Virus record (IMG/VR): IMGVR_UViG_3300028585_000509
Location: 1 to 30,063 of that record
Strand: one strand, 5' to 3'
Length of the DNA: 30,063 nucleotides
Source: a virus
Taxonomy: Duplodnaviria; Caudoviricetes
The notes beneath the pieces were generated by a model. It was not told the origin of the DNA. It saw only the letters and a list, made by a program, of their open reading frames with translations, and did not search any database. This document shows, piece after piece, positions 15,830 to 25,678 of this stretch (position 1 is the first letter of the stretch; every line of letters starts with the position of its first letter). A program made the translations under genes and the position numbers.

Positions 15830-16533
15830 TTTTTGGGGCGGAGATTAACGCCGCGCAGCTGCGTGAAATGCGCCGCGAGATTGCAAAGCTGGAGCTGCCC
15901 GACAAAAAGCGCCAGCGGCTTATTTGGCGCATGGCGAAGTATGGCGTGATCCCGGCTGCGAAGCGCAACGTGCGTAATCAGCAGTCACCGGACGGCACGC
16001 CGTGGCAGGCAAGAAAAACGCGCCGCCGGGGAAAGATGCTGCGCAACCTGCCGAACCTGCTGCACATCCGCGAAATGCCTGAAATTGAAGCCGTGCGGCT
16101 TTACCTGCAGGGCGGCGGATACCGCAACGGGGACAAAGCAGTACCTGCCGGGACAGTCGGTTATGCGCAGCAGGAGGGAATGAAAACCAGCGTCAGGGCA
16201 CGCGGAACAGGGCGCCCCGCACCGGCAGGAAAAATGGCCACGCTGGCGCAGGCTAAGCGGCTGAGAAAGCTGGGCTACAAAGTAAAGCGCGGGAAGCGAT
16301 GGCGTAAGCCGCCGTTTAAAGAAATCACCGAAACGATGGGATTTGCGCAGGCCGGTCTGCTGATCCGCAAACTGTCGGGCCGGGCGGCAAAAACAGTATG
16401 GACTGTTGATGTGCCGTCTCGTCCGTTTCTTGGGATGGGCGGCGACGATTTTAATAAGGCGCTGGCGCGTCAGCTGCAGGCCATTGGCTACGGCTGGGAC
16501 GTTAAGGCGCAGGATATCAGGGGAGAGGTATGA
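15826..16533 (+). CDS. Virion morphogenesis protein (gpS-like)
   Basis: RNQQSPDGTPWQARK and PSRPFLG motifs. Confidence 0.85.
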   Translation: MIFGAEINAAQLREMRREIAKLELPDKKRQRLIWRMAKYGVIPAAKRNVRNQQSPDGTPWQARKTRRRGKMLRNLPNLLHIREMPEIEAVRLYLQGGGYRNGDKAVPAGTVGYAQQEGMKTSVRARGTGRPAPAGKMATLAQAKRLRKLGYKVKRGKRWRKPPFKEITETMGFAQAGLLIRKLSGRAAKTVWTVDVPSRPFLGMGGDDFNKALARQLQAIGYGWDVKAQDIRGEV

Positions 16534-17666
16534 GCTGGCCAAATGTAACGGTCAATCAGCTTAATCAGCTGCAGGGTGAAACTAAGGATATTGAGCGCGT
16601 CGTGCTCTTTGTCGGACGCGGCGCAACCAACGCCGGTAAGACGCTGGCGGTTAATACGCAGACCGATTTTGATGCGCAGCTGGGTGCGGCGGAATCGGTG
16701 CTGAAAAGACAGGTGATGGCCGCACTGGATAATGCCGGTCAGAACTGGTCCGCATATGTGCATGTACTTGCCGAAGATGCAGAGCTGTCGGCATGGGCAG
16801 ACGCCGTACTGAGCGCGCAACAGGTGGCATCCGTGGAGGGCGTCGTACTGTGCGTGGATGTTCCGGATAAGAAGGAGATTAGCGCTGCCGCCTCGCTTCG
16901 CAGTTCGCTGCTGGCTGCGTTTGGCCGCTGGGTGTGGTTCATTCTGTCAGTCGGCGGTCCGGAAAGTGACGAAGCCTGGGCGGATTATCTGACGCGAATG
17001 AGTAAGCTGCAGAGCGGGATTTCCGCGTCAGCGGTCCAGCTGGTTCCGCGCCTGTGGGGTAATGAACCGGGCGTGCTGGCCGGTCGCCTCTGTAACCGCG
17101 CCGTCACTATTGCTGACAGCCCGGCACGTGTTAAGACCGGGGCGCTCGTAAGTCTGGGCAGTGACAGTCTGCCGGTGGATGGAAAGGATAGTGTCCTGGA
17201 GCTGGCCACGCTGCAGGCGCTGGAAACACTGCGTTTCAGCGTGCCGATGTGGTACCCGGACTATGATGGGCTTTACTGGTCTGACGGGCGCACGCTGGAC
17301 GTGGAAGGCGGGGATTATCAGGTTATCGAGTACCTGCGTATTGCTGACAAAATTGCGCGCCGCGTGCGTCTGCTGGCTATCGCCCGAATCGCTGATCGCA
17401 CACTGAACAGCACGCCGGGCAGCATTGCCGCCGCGCAGCAGAGTTTTGCGAAGCCGCTGCGTGAAATGTCGCAGTCAGTCCAGATTAACGGCATTCGTTT
17501 CCCCGGTGAGGTGAAATCACCGCGCGACGGTGACGTATCAATCAGCTGGAAAAGCGCTAAACAGGTAGAGATTTATATCGTGATGCGTCCGGTTGAATCA
17601 CCAAAGGAAATTACCGTGGGGCTGCTACTGGATACCAGCCTGGACAGCACTGAGGGGGCGGCATGA
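16530..17666 (+). CDS. Tail sheath protein (HP1-type, DUF2586-like)
   Basis: MSWPNVTVNQLNQLQG, GVLAGRLCNRAVTIADSPARV, WYPDYDGLYW. Confidence 0.88.
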   Translation: MSWPNVTVNQLNQLQGETKDIERVVLFVGRGATNAGKTLAVNTQTDFDAQLGAAESVLKRQVMAALDNAGQNWSAYVHVLAEDAELSAWADAVLSAQQVASVEGVVLCVDVPDKKEISAAASLRSSLLAAFGRWVWFILSVGGPESDEAWADYLTRMSKLQSGISASAVQLVPRLWGNEPGVLAGRLCNRAVTIADSPARVKTGALVSLGSDSLPVDGKDSVLELATLQALETLRFSVPMWYPDYDGLYWSDGRTLDVEGGDYQVIEYLRIADKIARRVRLLAIARIADRTLNSTPGSIAAAQQSFAKPLREMSQSVQINGIRFPGEVKSPRDGDVSISWKSAKQVEIYIVMRPVESPKEITVGLLLDTSLDSTEGAA

Positions 17667-18118
17667 GCCAGCGCATCAGCGGTCAGTCATTTGATGTAAA
17701 CATCGACGGGGAATTACTTCACGTCGAAAAAATCTCACTCGATATCACGGACAGCACAGCGGCGGCGTCCACGCGCGGCGTACCTGACGGACATGTAGCC
17801 GGGGAAGTTACCGCAGAAGGTGAGATTGAGCTGAGCAGCAAAACCTTTCAGCAGCTGACCGCAAAAGCGCGTGCAGCAGGGTCATGGCGGGGCATCGACA
17901 CGCTGGACTTCCTGTTTTATGCGAAGGCTGGCAGTGAAGAAACGAAGGTGGAAGCCTTCGGCTGCAAACTGGTGCTGAGCAACGTGCTCGATATCGATCC
18001 GAAGGGCGGCGCTATCAGCACGCACAAGGTGAAGTATTTCGTGACCAGTCCGAAGTTCGTGAACATTAACGGCGTGCCGTATCTGGAAGCGGCGGCAACG
18101 GAAAGCCTGATCAGCTGA
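17663..18118 (+). CDS. Tail tube protein (DUF2597-like)
   Basis: RISGQSFD, TRGVPDG, VTSPKFVNINGVPYL; follows sheath. Confidence 0.85.
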   Translation: MSQRISGQSFDVNIDGELLHVEKISLDITDSTAAASTRGVPDGHVAGEVTAEGEIELSSKTFQQLTAKARAAGSWRGIDTLDFLFYAKAGSEETKVEAFGCKLVLSNVLDIDPKGGAISTHKVKYFVTSPKFVNINGVPYLEAAATESLIS

Positions 18119-18137
18119 CGGGGATGACGGGGATACG

Positions 18138-18422
18138 ATGCAGGACCATGAAAAAACACTGATGCAACTGCTGCTTATCGGCGCGGTTATCGCGCTGGGC
18201 AAAGTGCTGGCCAGTAATGAAAAAATCACGCCGCGCCTGATTGCCGGGCGCGTCATTCTGGGGTCGGCCATTTCAGTCGCGGCAGGTGCAGCGCTGGTGC
18301 AGTTCCCGGATATGTCGCCGCTGGCGGTTAACGGGGTCGGGGCGGGACTGGGGATTCTGGGCTATCAGTTCTGCGAAATGTGGTTACGCCGCCGTCTGGG
18401 TGGCGACGATAAGGAGAAGTGA
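18138..18422 (+). CDS. Holin
   Basis: 94 aa, about 3 TM helices, charged C-terminus, directly before endolysin. Confidence 0.82.
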   Translation: MQDHEKTLMQLLLIGAVIALGKVLASNEKITPRLIAGRVILGSAISVAAGAALVQFPDMSPLAVNGVGAGLGILGYQFCEMWLRRRLGGDDKEK

Positions 18423-18424
18423 AA

Positions 18425-18766
18425 ATGAAGTTATCGGAAAAGCAGCAGTTATTCACCGCGCTGGTTGCGCAGCTGATCACCTGGGCAAATGACCACGGAA
18501 TGCGTCTGACGTTCGGGGAAGCATACCGCACGCCGGAGCAGGCCGCGCTGAATGCGAAGAAGGGCAGCGGCATCGCCAACAGCCTGCACACACAGCGGCT
18601 GGCGGTGGATTTTAACCTGTTTGTTAACGGCGAGTACAAAACCCGCACCGAAGATTACCGGGCAATGGGTGAATACTGGGAATCGCTGGGCGGCAGCTGG
18701 GGCGGGCGTTTTAAGTCCAATCCGGACGGAAACCACTTCAGCCTTGAGCATAACGGTGTGCGCTGA
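18425..18766 (+). CDS. Endolysin, M15-family zinc peptidase
   Basis: SLHTQRLAVD (SxHxxxxAxD), WGGRF, DGNHFS. Confidence 0.88.
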   Translation: MKLSEKQQLFTALVAQLITWANDHGMRLTFGEAYRTPEQAALNAKKGSGIANSLHTQRLAVDFNLFVNGEYKTRTEDYRAMGEYWESLGGSWGGRFKSNPDGNHFSLEHNGVR

Positions 18767-19110
18767 TGGCCAGAGACGTGCTGTTTGTGCTGGCCGGTCT
18801 GGGGCTGGCGTTTCTGGCGGGATGGACCGGCGCGGAGTGGAAGCGCGACAGCGTGGAACTGGTCGCAGAGCGAGCCGCCGGGATTGCCGCTGACAGGACG
18901 CGCGATCAGCTGCAGGGCGTGGCAAGCGAGTCAGCCAGGCAGCTTGAGAAAAAACTGGAGGAGTTAAAAGGTGCGATACCGGCAGGCATCCGCGCTGAAC
19001 TGGAGAAACCTGTTTTCAGTAATGATTGCCTGTCTGGTGATTATTTCAGGCTGTACAACGCCGCCAGTGAAAACGCAGAACGTACCCTATCAGGAAAATC
19101 TGAAAACTAA
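18766..19110 (+). CDS. Inner-membrane spanin (Rz-like)
   Basis: N-terminal TM helix, helical domain, Cys near C-terminus, after endolysin. Confidence 0.75.
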   Translation: MARDVLFVLAGLGLAFLAGWTGAEWKRDSVELVAERAAGIAADRTRDQLQGVASESARQLEKKLEELKGAIPAGIRAELEKPVFSNDCLSGDYFRLYNAASENAERTLSGKSEN

Positions 19111-19261
19111 ATGTCCGGTTATTCTTCCCCGATTAACCGGAACCAACGGCAGAGCCGCAGCAGAATTATTAATTCAGTGGATAGATATTTATTCAACCTG
19201 CGCGGCGCGCCATAACCAGCTTATTGACGAAATTAATTTAAGAGAGAAAAAATATGAGTGA
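18971..19261 (+). CDS. Outer-membrane lipoprotein spanin (Rz1-like)
   Basis: GGAGGAG RBS, GTG start, signal peptide ending IISG-C, overlaps Rz in another frame. Confidence 0.78.
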   Translation: MRYRQASALNWRNLFSVMIACLVIISGCTTPPVKTQNVPYQENLKTKCPVILPRLTGTNGRAAAELLIQWIDIYSTCAARHNQLIDEINLREKKYE

Positions 19262-19517
19262 TAAAAAAATTGAAATGACCATCGCTGGTAAAGACGTTTC
19301 TTTTACGCCGAACGTCACCGCCTATAACAAATATATCAACGAAATCACGATGGGAAATAAAGTTTCCCCGGCGCATAACTTTCTGGTCCGTATCGTAACG
19401 CCGGAAACAAAAGAAGTGCTTCAGGAATTACTGGCGCTGCCGGGCGCGGCATTACAGATTGTAGGCAAAGTGCTGGAAGAATATACGCCAGAGCTGGAAA
19501 TCACCGTAAAAAACTAA
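19254..19517 (+). CDS. Tail assembly chaperone
   Basis: 87 aa before tape measure, ends at a slippery site. Confidence 0.82.
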   Translation: MSDKKIEMTIAGKDVSFTPNVTAYNKYINEITMGNKVSPAHNFLVRIVTPETKEVLQELLALPGAALQIVGKVLEEYTPELEITVKN

Positions 19518-19708
19518 GCGCGCGGGTCCGTAATATCGACGCCAACGGACTCGAACAGTATCTGATTTTACGCCGTCACTGGCTGCCTGGTGAGAATGAC
19601 AGCGCGGAAAACCTTGCCGCCGCGCTGTGGCTTGATAACCGGCACTGGGAAAACCAGCGCATTGCCATAGCAAACGGCATCGCGCTGGCGTTTAAGGGAA
19701 GCGAATGA
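19508..19708 (+). CDS. -1 frameshift extension of the tail chaperone
   Basis: A-AAA-AAC at 19508-19514; -1 frame stays open 64 codons to a TGA overlapping the tape measure ATG. Confidence 0.8.
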   Translation, partial: KKLSARVRNIDANGLEQYLILRRHWLPGENDSAENLAAALWLDNRHWENQRIAIANGIALAFKGSE

Positions 19709-21678
19709 AACAGCTGGAATTTACGTTATCACTGATCGACAAGGTAACGCGGCCGCTTCGTCAGGCACAGGCAGGCGTCACGAAATTTGCAGACAAATCC
19801 CGCGCATCCTTTCAGCGCGTAGCAGTCGGCGGTGCTGCACTGTGGGGCGTGGGACAGGCCATCAAGGGCGCGCTGGGTCCGGCGATTGAAATGTATGACG
19901 CGCTGCAGGAGCAGACCGCGCGCGGCATCGACAATACTGCGCTTAAGCAGGTTGAGAAGGATGCAAACATTTTTTCGATGACCTACGGCAAAAGCGCCGT
20001 GGAGTTTGTGCAGTCAACGGCCAGCATTAACGCCGCAATAAGCGGCCTGACCAGCGACGAGCTGCCGAAGGTTACCCGTATTGCCAACCTGACCGCCGCT
20101 GCGCTGGGCAGCACGGCAGCGGAGTCGGCAGAGTTCATGGGGCAGATGTTCGGCAACTTCCGTGAGGATGCGGAGCGCCTGGGCAGGGTGCAGTTTGCGG
20201 AGCAGCTTTCGGGAAAAGTGACGTTTATGCGTCAGCGCTTCGGCGTGGAAATGGGCGCAATCAGGGATTTGATGGAGGGCGCGCGCGGCGTTGGCACCAA
20301 CTATGGGATCGGCCTTAACGAGCAGCTTGCGGTGATGGGCGAGCTGCAGCGCACGCTGGGAACGGAGGCATCCGGCGCTTATGAAGGCTTCCTGACCGGC
20401 GCTGAAGAAGGCGCGAAAAAGCTGGGCATGAGCTTTAAAAATCAAGCGGGACAGATGCTGTCTATGCCGGAAATCCTGATCACGCTGCAGGCAAAATACG
20501 GCGCCAGTATCACCGGTAACGTGGAGGCGCAGAAGGCGCTGGATGATGCGTTTGGTGACAGTTCAGCGGTGGTTAAGCAGTTGTGGGGCAACGTGACAGC
20601 GCTGCAGCGAAACATCACCGAGCTGGGCGGCAATGACGGGCTTAAGCGCACACAGGAAATGGCCACGAAGATGGTTAAGCCGTGGGACCGGTTTATTCAG
20701 ATTCTGGAAGCTGTCCGGCGCGTAATCGGCCTGACGCTGATACCGGTGATTTATCCGCTGCTGAACCGCCTGGCGGATATGGGGCAGACGTTCGCGCGCT
20801 GGATGCAGATGTTTCCGAACATCGCGCGCGTGGTCGGGTATGTGGCGCTGGCCGTGCTGAGTTTCGCCGGTGCGGGTGCGGTGGCCAATATCGTGATGGG
20901 CATGGCCACGTTTGTTATGACCGGGCTGCGCGGCATCGTGATGGGGCTGCTGCTGGTCACGCGCCTGTATACCGGGGCGCTGTGGCTGGCCGGGGCAGCG
21001 GTGACGGCTTATACCATGATCATGCGCACCCTGCGCGGCGTACTGCTGGCCGTGCGCATGGCATCCGTAATGACCGGTGCGGCCATTAACTTCATGAGCT
21101 GGCCGATTCTGCTGATCATTGGTGCAATTGCGCTGCTGGCCGCAGGCTGCTATCTGCTGATCGCACACTGGGATGCAATCAAAGCCGCCGTGATGAATAC
21201 CGAAGCATTTCAGGTTGTATCCGGCGCGGTGGTAGCTGTGGCCGGTGTGTTTGGCAAAGCCTGGGCGTTTATCAGCGAGGGCTGGCTGAGTTTCGTGGCG
21301 CTGCTGTCCGGTTTTTCCGTAACGCAAACGCTGGGGAATATGGCCAGCGGGATAATGAATCTCTTCGCGAACCTGTGGGACAACATTAAAAAAACGGCGC
21401 TAAGTTCACTTAACTGGATTATTGCCAAAATTAACAAAATCCCCGGCGTCGATATTGCGGAGTTTGGTGAGCCTGCAGCGCCGCCGCCGCGCATCGAAAA
21501 TAACCTGACAACCGGCGGCCAGTTAAAAGGCATTGAAGCAGGCGGAATTAATAAAACTATTTCCAGCAACAGCCGGAGCGTAACGGATAACAGCAAACGC
21601 ATCGAAAAAGTGGAAATTAATACAGGTGGCGGCATGACGCCGCAGCAGCTGATGGAGTGGCAGGAGCTGGCGGGATGA
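19705..21678 (+). CDS. Tape measure protein
   Basis: 657 aa, LSLIDKVTRPL start, Ala/Gly-rich, hydrophobic segment. Confidence 0.93.
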   Translation: MKQLEFTLSLIDKVTRPLRQAQAGVTKFADKSRASFQRVAVGGAALWGVGQAIKGALGPAIEMYDALQEQTARGIDNTALKQVEKDANIFSMTYGKSAVEFVQSTASINAAISGLTSDELPKVTRIANLTAAALGSTAAESAEFMGQMFGNFREDAERLGRVQFAEQLSGKVTFMRQRFGVEMGAIRDLMEGARGVGTNYGIGLNEQLAVMGELQRTLGTEASGAYEGFLTGAEEGAKKLGMSFKNQAGQMLSMPEILITLQAKYGASITGNVEAQKALDDAFGDSSAVVKQLWGNVTALQRNITELGGNDGLKRTQEMATKMVKPWDRFIQILEAVRRVIGLTLIPVIYPLLNRLADMGQTFARWMQMFPNIARVVGYVALAVLSFAGAGAVANIVMGMATFVMTGLRGIVMGLLLVTRLYTGALWLAGAAVTAYTMIMRTLRGVLLAVRMASVMTGAAINFMSWPILLIIGAIALLAAGCYLLIAHWDAIKAAVMNTEAFQVVSGAVVAVAGVFGKAWAFISEGWLSFVALLSGFSVTQTLGNMASGIMNLFANLWDNIKKTALSSLNWIIAKINKIPGVDIAEFGEPAAPPPRIENNLTTGGQLKGIEAGGINKTISSNSRSVTDNSKRIEKVEINTGGGMTPQQLMEWQELAG

Positions 21679-22004
21679 GTGAGTTACTTTATATAGATTT
21701 GCTGATTGAAAACGGCAACTTTGTTTTAAATACCGGTAAAGAGCCGGTCACGTGTAATAACCGTAAAAGTATTCAGCAGGATATTGCACACGCCATAATT
21801 GAATCTGGCCTGATGACCGAAATGATTGCCGAAAGAAGCCCGACATTACGCGCTGATATTCTGACGCGGCTTGAATTACTCATTGAAGACGATGAACGGA
21901 TTATCCCCGGCACCATTGAGCTGACAGAAGAACGCCTGTCACGCCTCTGGGTGACGGCCAGCACATACGACTTCGGCGCACTGTCTTACGGGGTGGATAT
22001 ATGA
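21675..22004 (+). CDS. DUF2590-like baseplate protein
   Basis: YIDLLI, SIQQDIAHAIIESGL, EDDERIIPGT; HP1-type synteny. Confidence 0.75.
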   Translation: MSELLYIDLLIENGNFVLNTGKEPVTCNNRKSIQQDIAHAIIESGLMTEMIAERSPTLRADILTRLELLIEDDERIIPGTIELTEERLSRLWVTASTYDFGALSYGVDI

Positions 22005-23185
22005 CGGACAAACCGCAGGTGGATTTTACGGAGGTGGTGAAAGCCAGCGGGATGCCGGTGACGGACGCAGAGCTGAAAGCGCGCTTTACGGACATTGCCG
22101 CAGAGGAAGGTCTGATCACTAACACTTCACGCATGTCGCCGTTCTGGCGGCTGGTCACGGCCATTATCACCGCGCCGGTGCTGTGGCTGGCGGACGTCAT
22201 GATCAATACGGTGCTGGTGAATATGTTCGTGGCCACGGCAGGCGGTCAGATGCTGCGCCTGCTGGCATGGGCGGTCAACGTCACACCAAAACCGGCAAGC
22301 CGGGCTGAAGGCGTGATCCGTTTTACAAAGGAGAGTGCCGGGGCTGATGTGACCGTGCAGGCCGGTACGCGTATCCAGACTGAGCGCATTAACGGCGTGA
22401 TTTACGAGCTGGTGACCGTTGCTGACTTCACCATTCCGGCAGGGGAAGCCAGCGCGCTGATCCCGGTGCGCGCGTCAGATGCGGGGGCCGCGTGGAACCT
22501 TGCGCCGGGCTATTACCGTATCCTGCCGGTGGCCGTCACCGGCATCACGCAGGCGGAAAGTGAGGAAGACTGGCTGACCGTGCCGGGCGCAGATGAAGAG
22601 AGTGACGACGAGTTGCGCGAGCGCTGCCGCAATCAGTTTAACCTGGTAGGTAACTACCACACAGACGCGGTTTACCGCTCAATGATCGCCGGTGTGGTCG
22701 GACTGAGTATTGACCGGATTTTTTTTCTGCACGATGCGCCCCGCGGGCCCGGAACGGCAAACGCCTATTTGCTGCTGGATTCCGGCGTGCTGTCAGAACC
22801 ATTTATCACCGCGGTAAATGACTACATCAACACGCAGGGCCATCACGGCCACGGTGACGATATGCAGTGCTTCGGAATGCCGGAAACCCGGCACGATCTG
22901 AGCGTGAAAATGTATCTGAAAAACCCGGATAACATGACCGCCGAAAATCAGTCGCTGCTGATAAAAAATGCCGGAAACCTTATCCGCAGCGCATTCCGGG
23001 AAAACGCGGACTATGACGTTAAAAAGACGTGGCCCTACGCGCGCTTTTCATTTTCGAACCTTGGGCGTGAGCTGCACAGGGCTTTCCCGGAAGTCGATTC
23101 GGTCACCTTTTCGCTGGACGATATCGTCAGCGATCTGAGTGTGCCGCGTCTTAACAGCCTGACAGTGAGTATTGAACATGACTGA
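22001..23185 (+). CDS. Baseplate J-like wedge protein
   Basis: GADEESDDELRER, PRGPGTANAY. Confidence 0.92.
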   Translation: MTDKPQVDFTEVVKASGMPVTDAELKARFTDIAAEEGLITNTSRMSPFWRLVTAIITAPVLWLADVMINTVLVNMFVATAGGQMLRLLAWAVNVTPKPASRAEGVIRFTKESAGADVTVQAGTRIQTERINGVIYELVTVADFTIPAGEASALIPVRASDAGAAWNLAPGYYRILPVAVTGITQAESEEDWLTVPGADEESDDELRERCRNQFNLVGNYHTDAVYRSMIAGVVGLSIDRIFFLHDAPRGPGTANAYLLLDSGVLSEPFITAVNDYINTQGHHGHGDDMQCFGMPETRHDLSVKMYLKNPDNMTAENQSLLIKNAGNLIRSAFRENADYDVKKTWPYARFSFSNLGRELHRAFPEVDSVTFSLDDIVSDLSVPRLNSLTVSIEHD

Positions 23186-23765
23186 TTTCGATAAAAAGCT
23201 GGCCGGGCTGCGCCTCCCTACGTGGATGAGCAAAGGGGAGCCAGCCAAACTTCTGAAAGCCGCGCGCAGGTTCTGGGCGCAGGTTTACGGCTGGGTTACG
23301 TGGCCGGTCAGCCAGTTTGATCCGCTGACCTGTTCTGAACCGCTGCTGAATCTGCTGGCGTATGACCGGGATATTACCCGCTTCAATGGGGAGCCGCTTT
23401 CACTGTTCCGCAGGCGCGTGGCGTTTGCGTTTATCAACGCGCGTGATGCCGGGTCCGTGGCAGGGTTTATCAGCATTTTTGAGCGGCTGGGTATCGGGTA
23501 TGTGGAGCTGGTTGAGCGCCAGCCCGGCATCGACTGGGACGTAATACAGGTGCGCGTTTCAGACAGCCAGATTGCGGACAACGCGCAGCTGTTGCTGCAG
23601 ATAATCCAGCAGTACGGCAGAACGTGCCGCCGTTATCAGTTTGAGGTGATCACCTCGCAGCCGTTCGCCATCCGTGCAGGCTGGGACCAGGGTGAATATG
23701 TAATTTACCCGGCGCGCATCGCCGGGGCGGACGTGGCCAGCGCGACGTTCAGCGCAGGAATTTAA
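23178..23765 (+). CDS. Baseplate/tail protein (P2 gpI-like)
   Basis: DPLTCSEPLLNLLAYDRDI; between J and fibre. Confidence 0.82.
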   Translation: MTDFDKKLAGLRLPTWMSKGEPAKLLKAARRFWAQVYGWVTWPVSQFDPLTCSEPLLNLLAYDRDITRFNGEPLSLFRRRVAFAFINARDAGSVAGFISIFERLGIGYVELVERQPGIDWDVIQVRVSDSQIADNAQLLLQIIQQYGRTCRRYQFEVITSQPFAIRAGWDQGEYVIYPARIAGADVASATFSAGI

Positions 23766-23774
23766 GGGAAAATT

Positions 23775-25667
23775 ATGTCACAGACAGTTATCACGACAGC
23801 ATTTGAGCAGTGGAAAGCGCGCCAGGCGGAAACCGGCGAGGTGGTTTTACTGGATGGATTCATTTTTGCGAACGTGCCGGGCCTCGATCCGGCTGCGCCG
23901 GTAGACCGCAGCGAGGGCATCCCGCCAGAGGCGCAGATAGTTCACCGGCAGGCGGTCACGCGTAAAGGCGTGGTGAATCAGAATGCGGTGGTGCATTCAG
24001 TGGTACTGGGCGCGGACACGGGCGATTTTACGTTTAACTGGATTGGTCTGGTGAACAGCGCAACCGGCACGCTGGCCATGATCGTACATGCCCCGGCGCA
24101 GCAGAAACTGAAAACCCGCGAAGGCCAGCAGGGCAACGTGCTGACGCGTTCATTCCTGATGGAGTACAGCGGCGCACAGCAGGAAACGGGGATCAGTACG
24201 CCAGCGGAAACTTGGCAGATTGATTTCACCGCGCGCATGGGGGCGATGGATGAGCGCCAGCGGCTGGAAAATACCGATATCTATGGCCCGGCGGCGTTTT
24301 TTGGTGATGGCTGGCTGGTCAGCGAAAACGGCACGCAGTATTACGTCACACATGGTGCGGGTTACGTGGGCGGCCTGCGCGCGCAGCTGGATGCTGACCA
24401 GAATATTACGGTCGGCGTGAAGCCGGTAAAAGTATGGCTGGACGTGTGTTTTACCGGGACGCTGGCCAGCGTCTGGGGCGTGCAGAGCAAAATCACAGTA
24501 GCGGCTGATCTTGCGGACTATGAGCAGGACGGTGTGAAGCATTACGTGTCAGCACTGGCGGGTATTGACGCTGCCGGGAATATCACAGACCTGCGCCCTA
24601 AAGGGTCACAGGACAATCAGCAGGCCAGTGATGCGCTGAAAAGACATGAACAATCACGCAATCACCCGGATGCGACACTGAAAGAAAAAGGCTTCGTTCA
24701 GCTGAGCAGTGCAACAGACAGCGCCAGCGAAACGGCAGCAGCAACGCCTAAAGCAGTAAAAGCGGCAAACGATAATGCCAGTTCGCGCCTGAAGGCGGCA
24801 GCAAACCTGTCAGACCTGGCTGATATCAGTAAAGCCAGAGAAGTTTTGAAGCTTGATCGGGTGGGAAACTGGATGGCTGTGCAGGCTAATGGCGGCCAGC
24901 GTTCATCCGGTAATCACCAGATATTTATTGACTGGGGTGCTGACGGGAAGCCACACCTGACGGTTGACGCCTCTTACATTGGCGAACTGTTTACTACTGG
25001 CAACCCGCCAAACGCTGGACAGACGGGCGCTTACCCTAAATCGGGTGGGAATCTCGATGAAGAAGCAAGCATTTCAGTAATTTCAAAGGTTAAACCCGGC
25101 AATCCCGGCGAAACGCTTTACTCGCCAATGTTTCGCGCGGTGTTGAACGGGCGCGGCGGCGATATGGATTTTAAAGACGGCGCAAGTGGATTTATGAGGA
25201 TCGTCGAGAGGGTCGGGAGTTACGCCTATATTCAGCTTCAGTGGGACGGGTTCGGCACAGTATACGAATTTAAATTCGACCAGACCGGAAAGTTTTTCGC
25301 GAATAATGAAGTTCACGCCGGTAATGGTTTTCTTGCGACTGATGGGAACATTTATGGCCCGGTATGGGGCGGCTACCTGAGCAATTGGTTAAACGTCAAT
25401 CTCAATAATGTTAATCAGAATATTGCTAACCAGATTAACGACGTTCGAAACTGGACTTACGGAAACTTTGTGAATGGGATGCGGCTCGGCGGTGAGATGT
25501 GGCAGGGTTCAACAAATGACAGCGGCGGCGTAGTGAGCTTAGGCAGTGGTGAAATGCTGACCGGCTGTCAGGGCGTCGGCGGTTCCGACTTTAACAAAGC
25601 GCAATGGCGAAAAAGGGCGCTGCAGTACCTTATTAATGGGCAGTGGGTGCAGGCTGGTAGTCTTTAA
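23775..25667 (+). CDS. Tail fibre protein
   Basis: GDFTFNWIGL collar region, HPDATLKEKGFVQLSSATDS fibre repeat, DGNIYGPVWGGYLSNWL distal motif. Confidence 0.93.
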   Translation: MSQTVITTAFEQWKARQAETGEVVLLDGFIFANVPGLDPAAPVDRSEGIPPEAQIVHRQAVTRKGVVNQNAVVHSVVLGADTGDFTFNWIGLVNSATGTLAMIVHAPAQQKLKTREGQQGNVLTRSFLMEYSGAQQETGISTPAETWQIDFTARMGAMDERQRLENTDIYGPAAFFGDGWLVSENGTQYYVTHGAGYVGGLRAQLDADQNITVGVKPVKVWLDVCFTGTLASVWGVQSKITVAADLADYEQDGVKHYVSALAGIDAAGNITDLRPKGSQDNQQASDALKRHEQSRNHPDATLKEKGFVQLSSATDSASETAAATPKAVKAANDNASSRLKAAANLSDLADISKAREVLKLDRVGNWMAVQANGGQRSSGNHQIFIDWGADGKPHLTVDASYIGELFTTGNPPNAGQTGAYPKSGGNLDEEASISVISKVKPGNPGETLYSPMFRAVLNGRGGDMDFKDGASGFMRIVERVGSYAYIQLQWDGFGTVYEFKFDQTGKFFANNEVHAGNGFLATDGNIYGPVWGGYLSNWLNVNLNNVNQNIANQINDVRNWTYGNFVNGMRLGGEMWQGSTNDSGGVVSLGSGEMLTGCQGVGGSDFNKAQWRKRALQYLINGQWVQAGSL

Positions 25668-25678
25668 GGGGAAAATAC

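Noticed and set aside
20014-21635. Several alternate-frame and antisense ORFs in the tape measure gene
   Set aside because: GC-rich shadow frames without RBS or motifs
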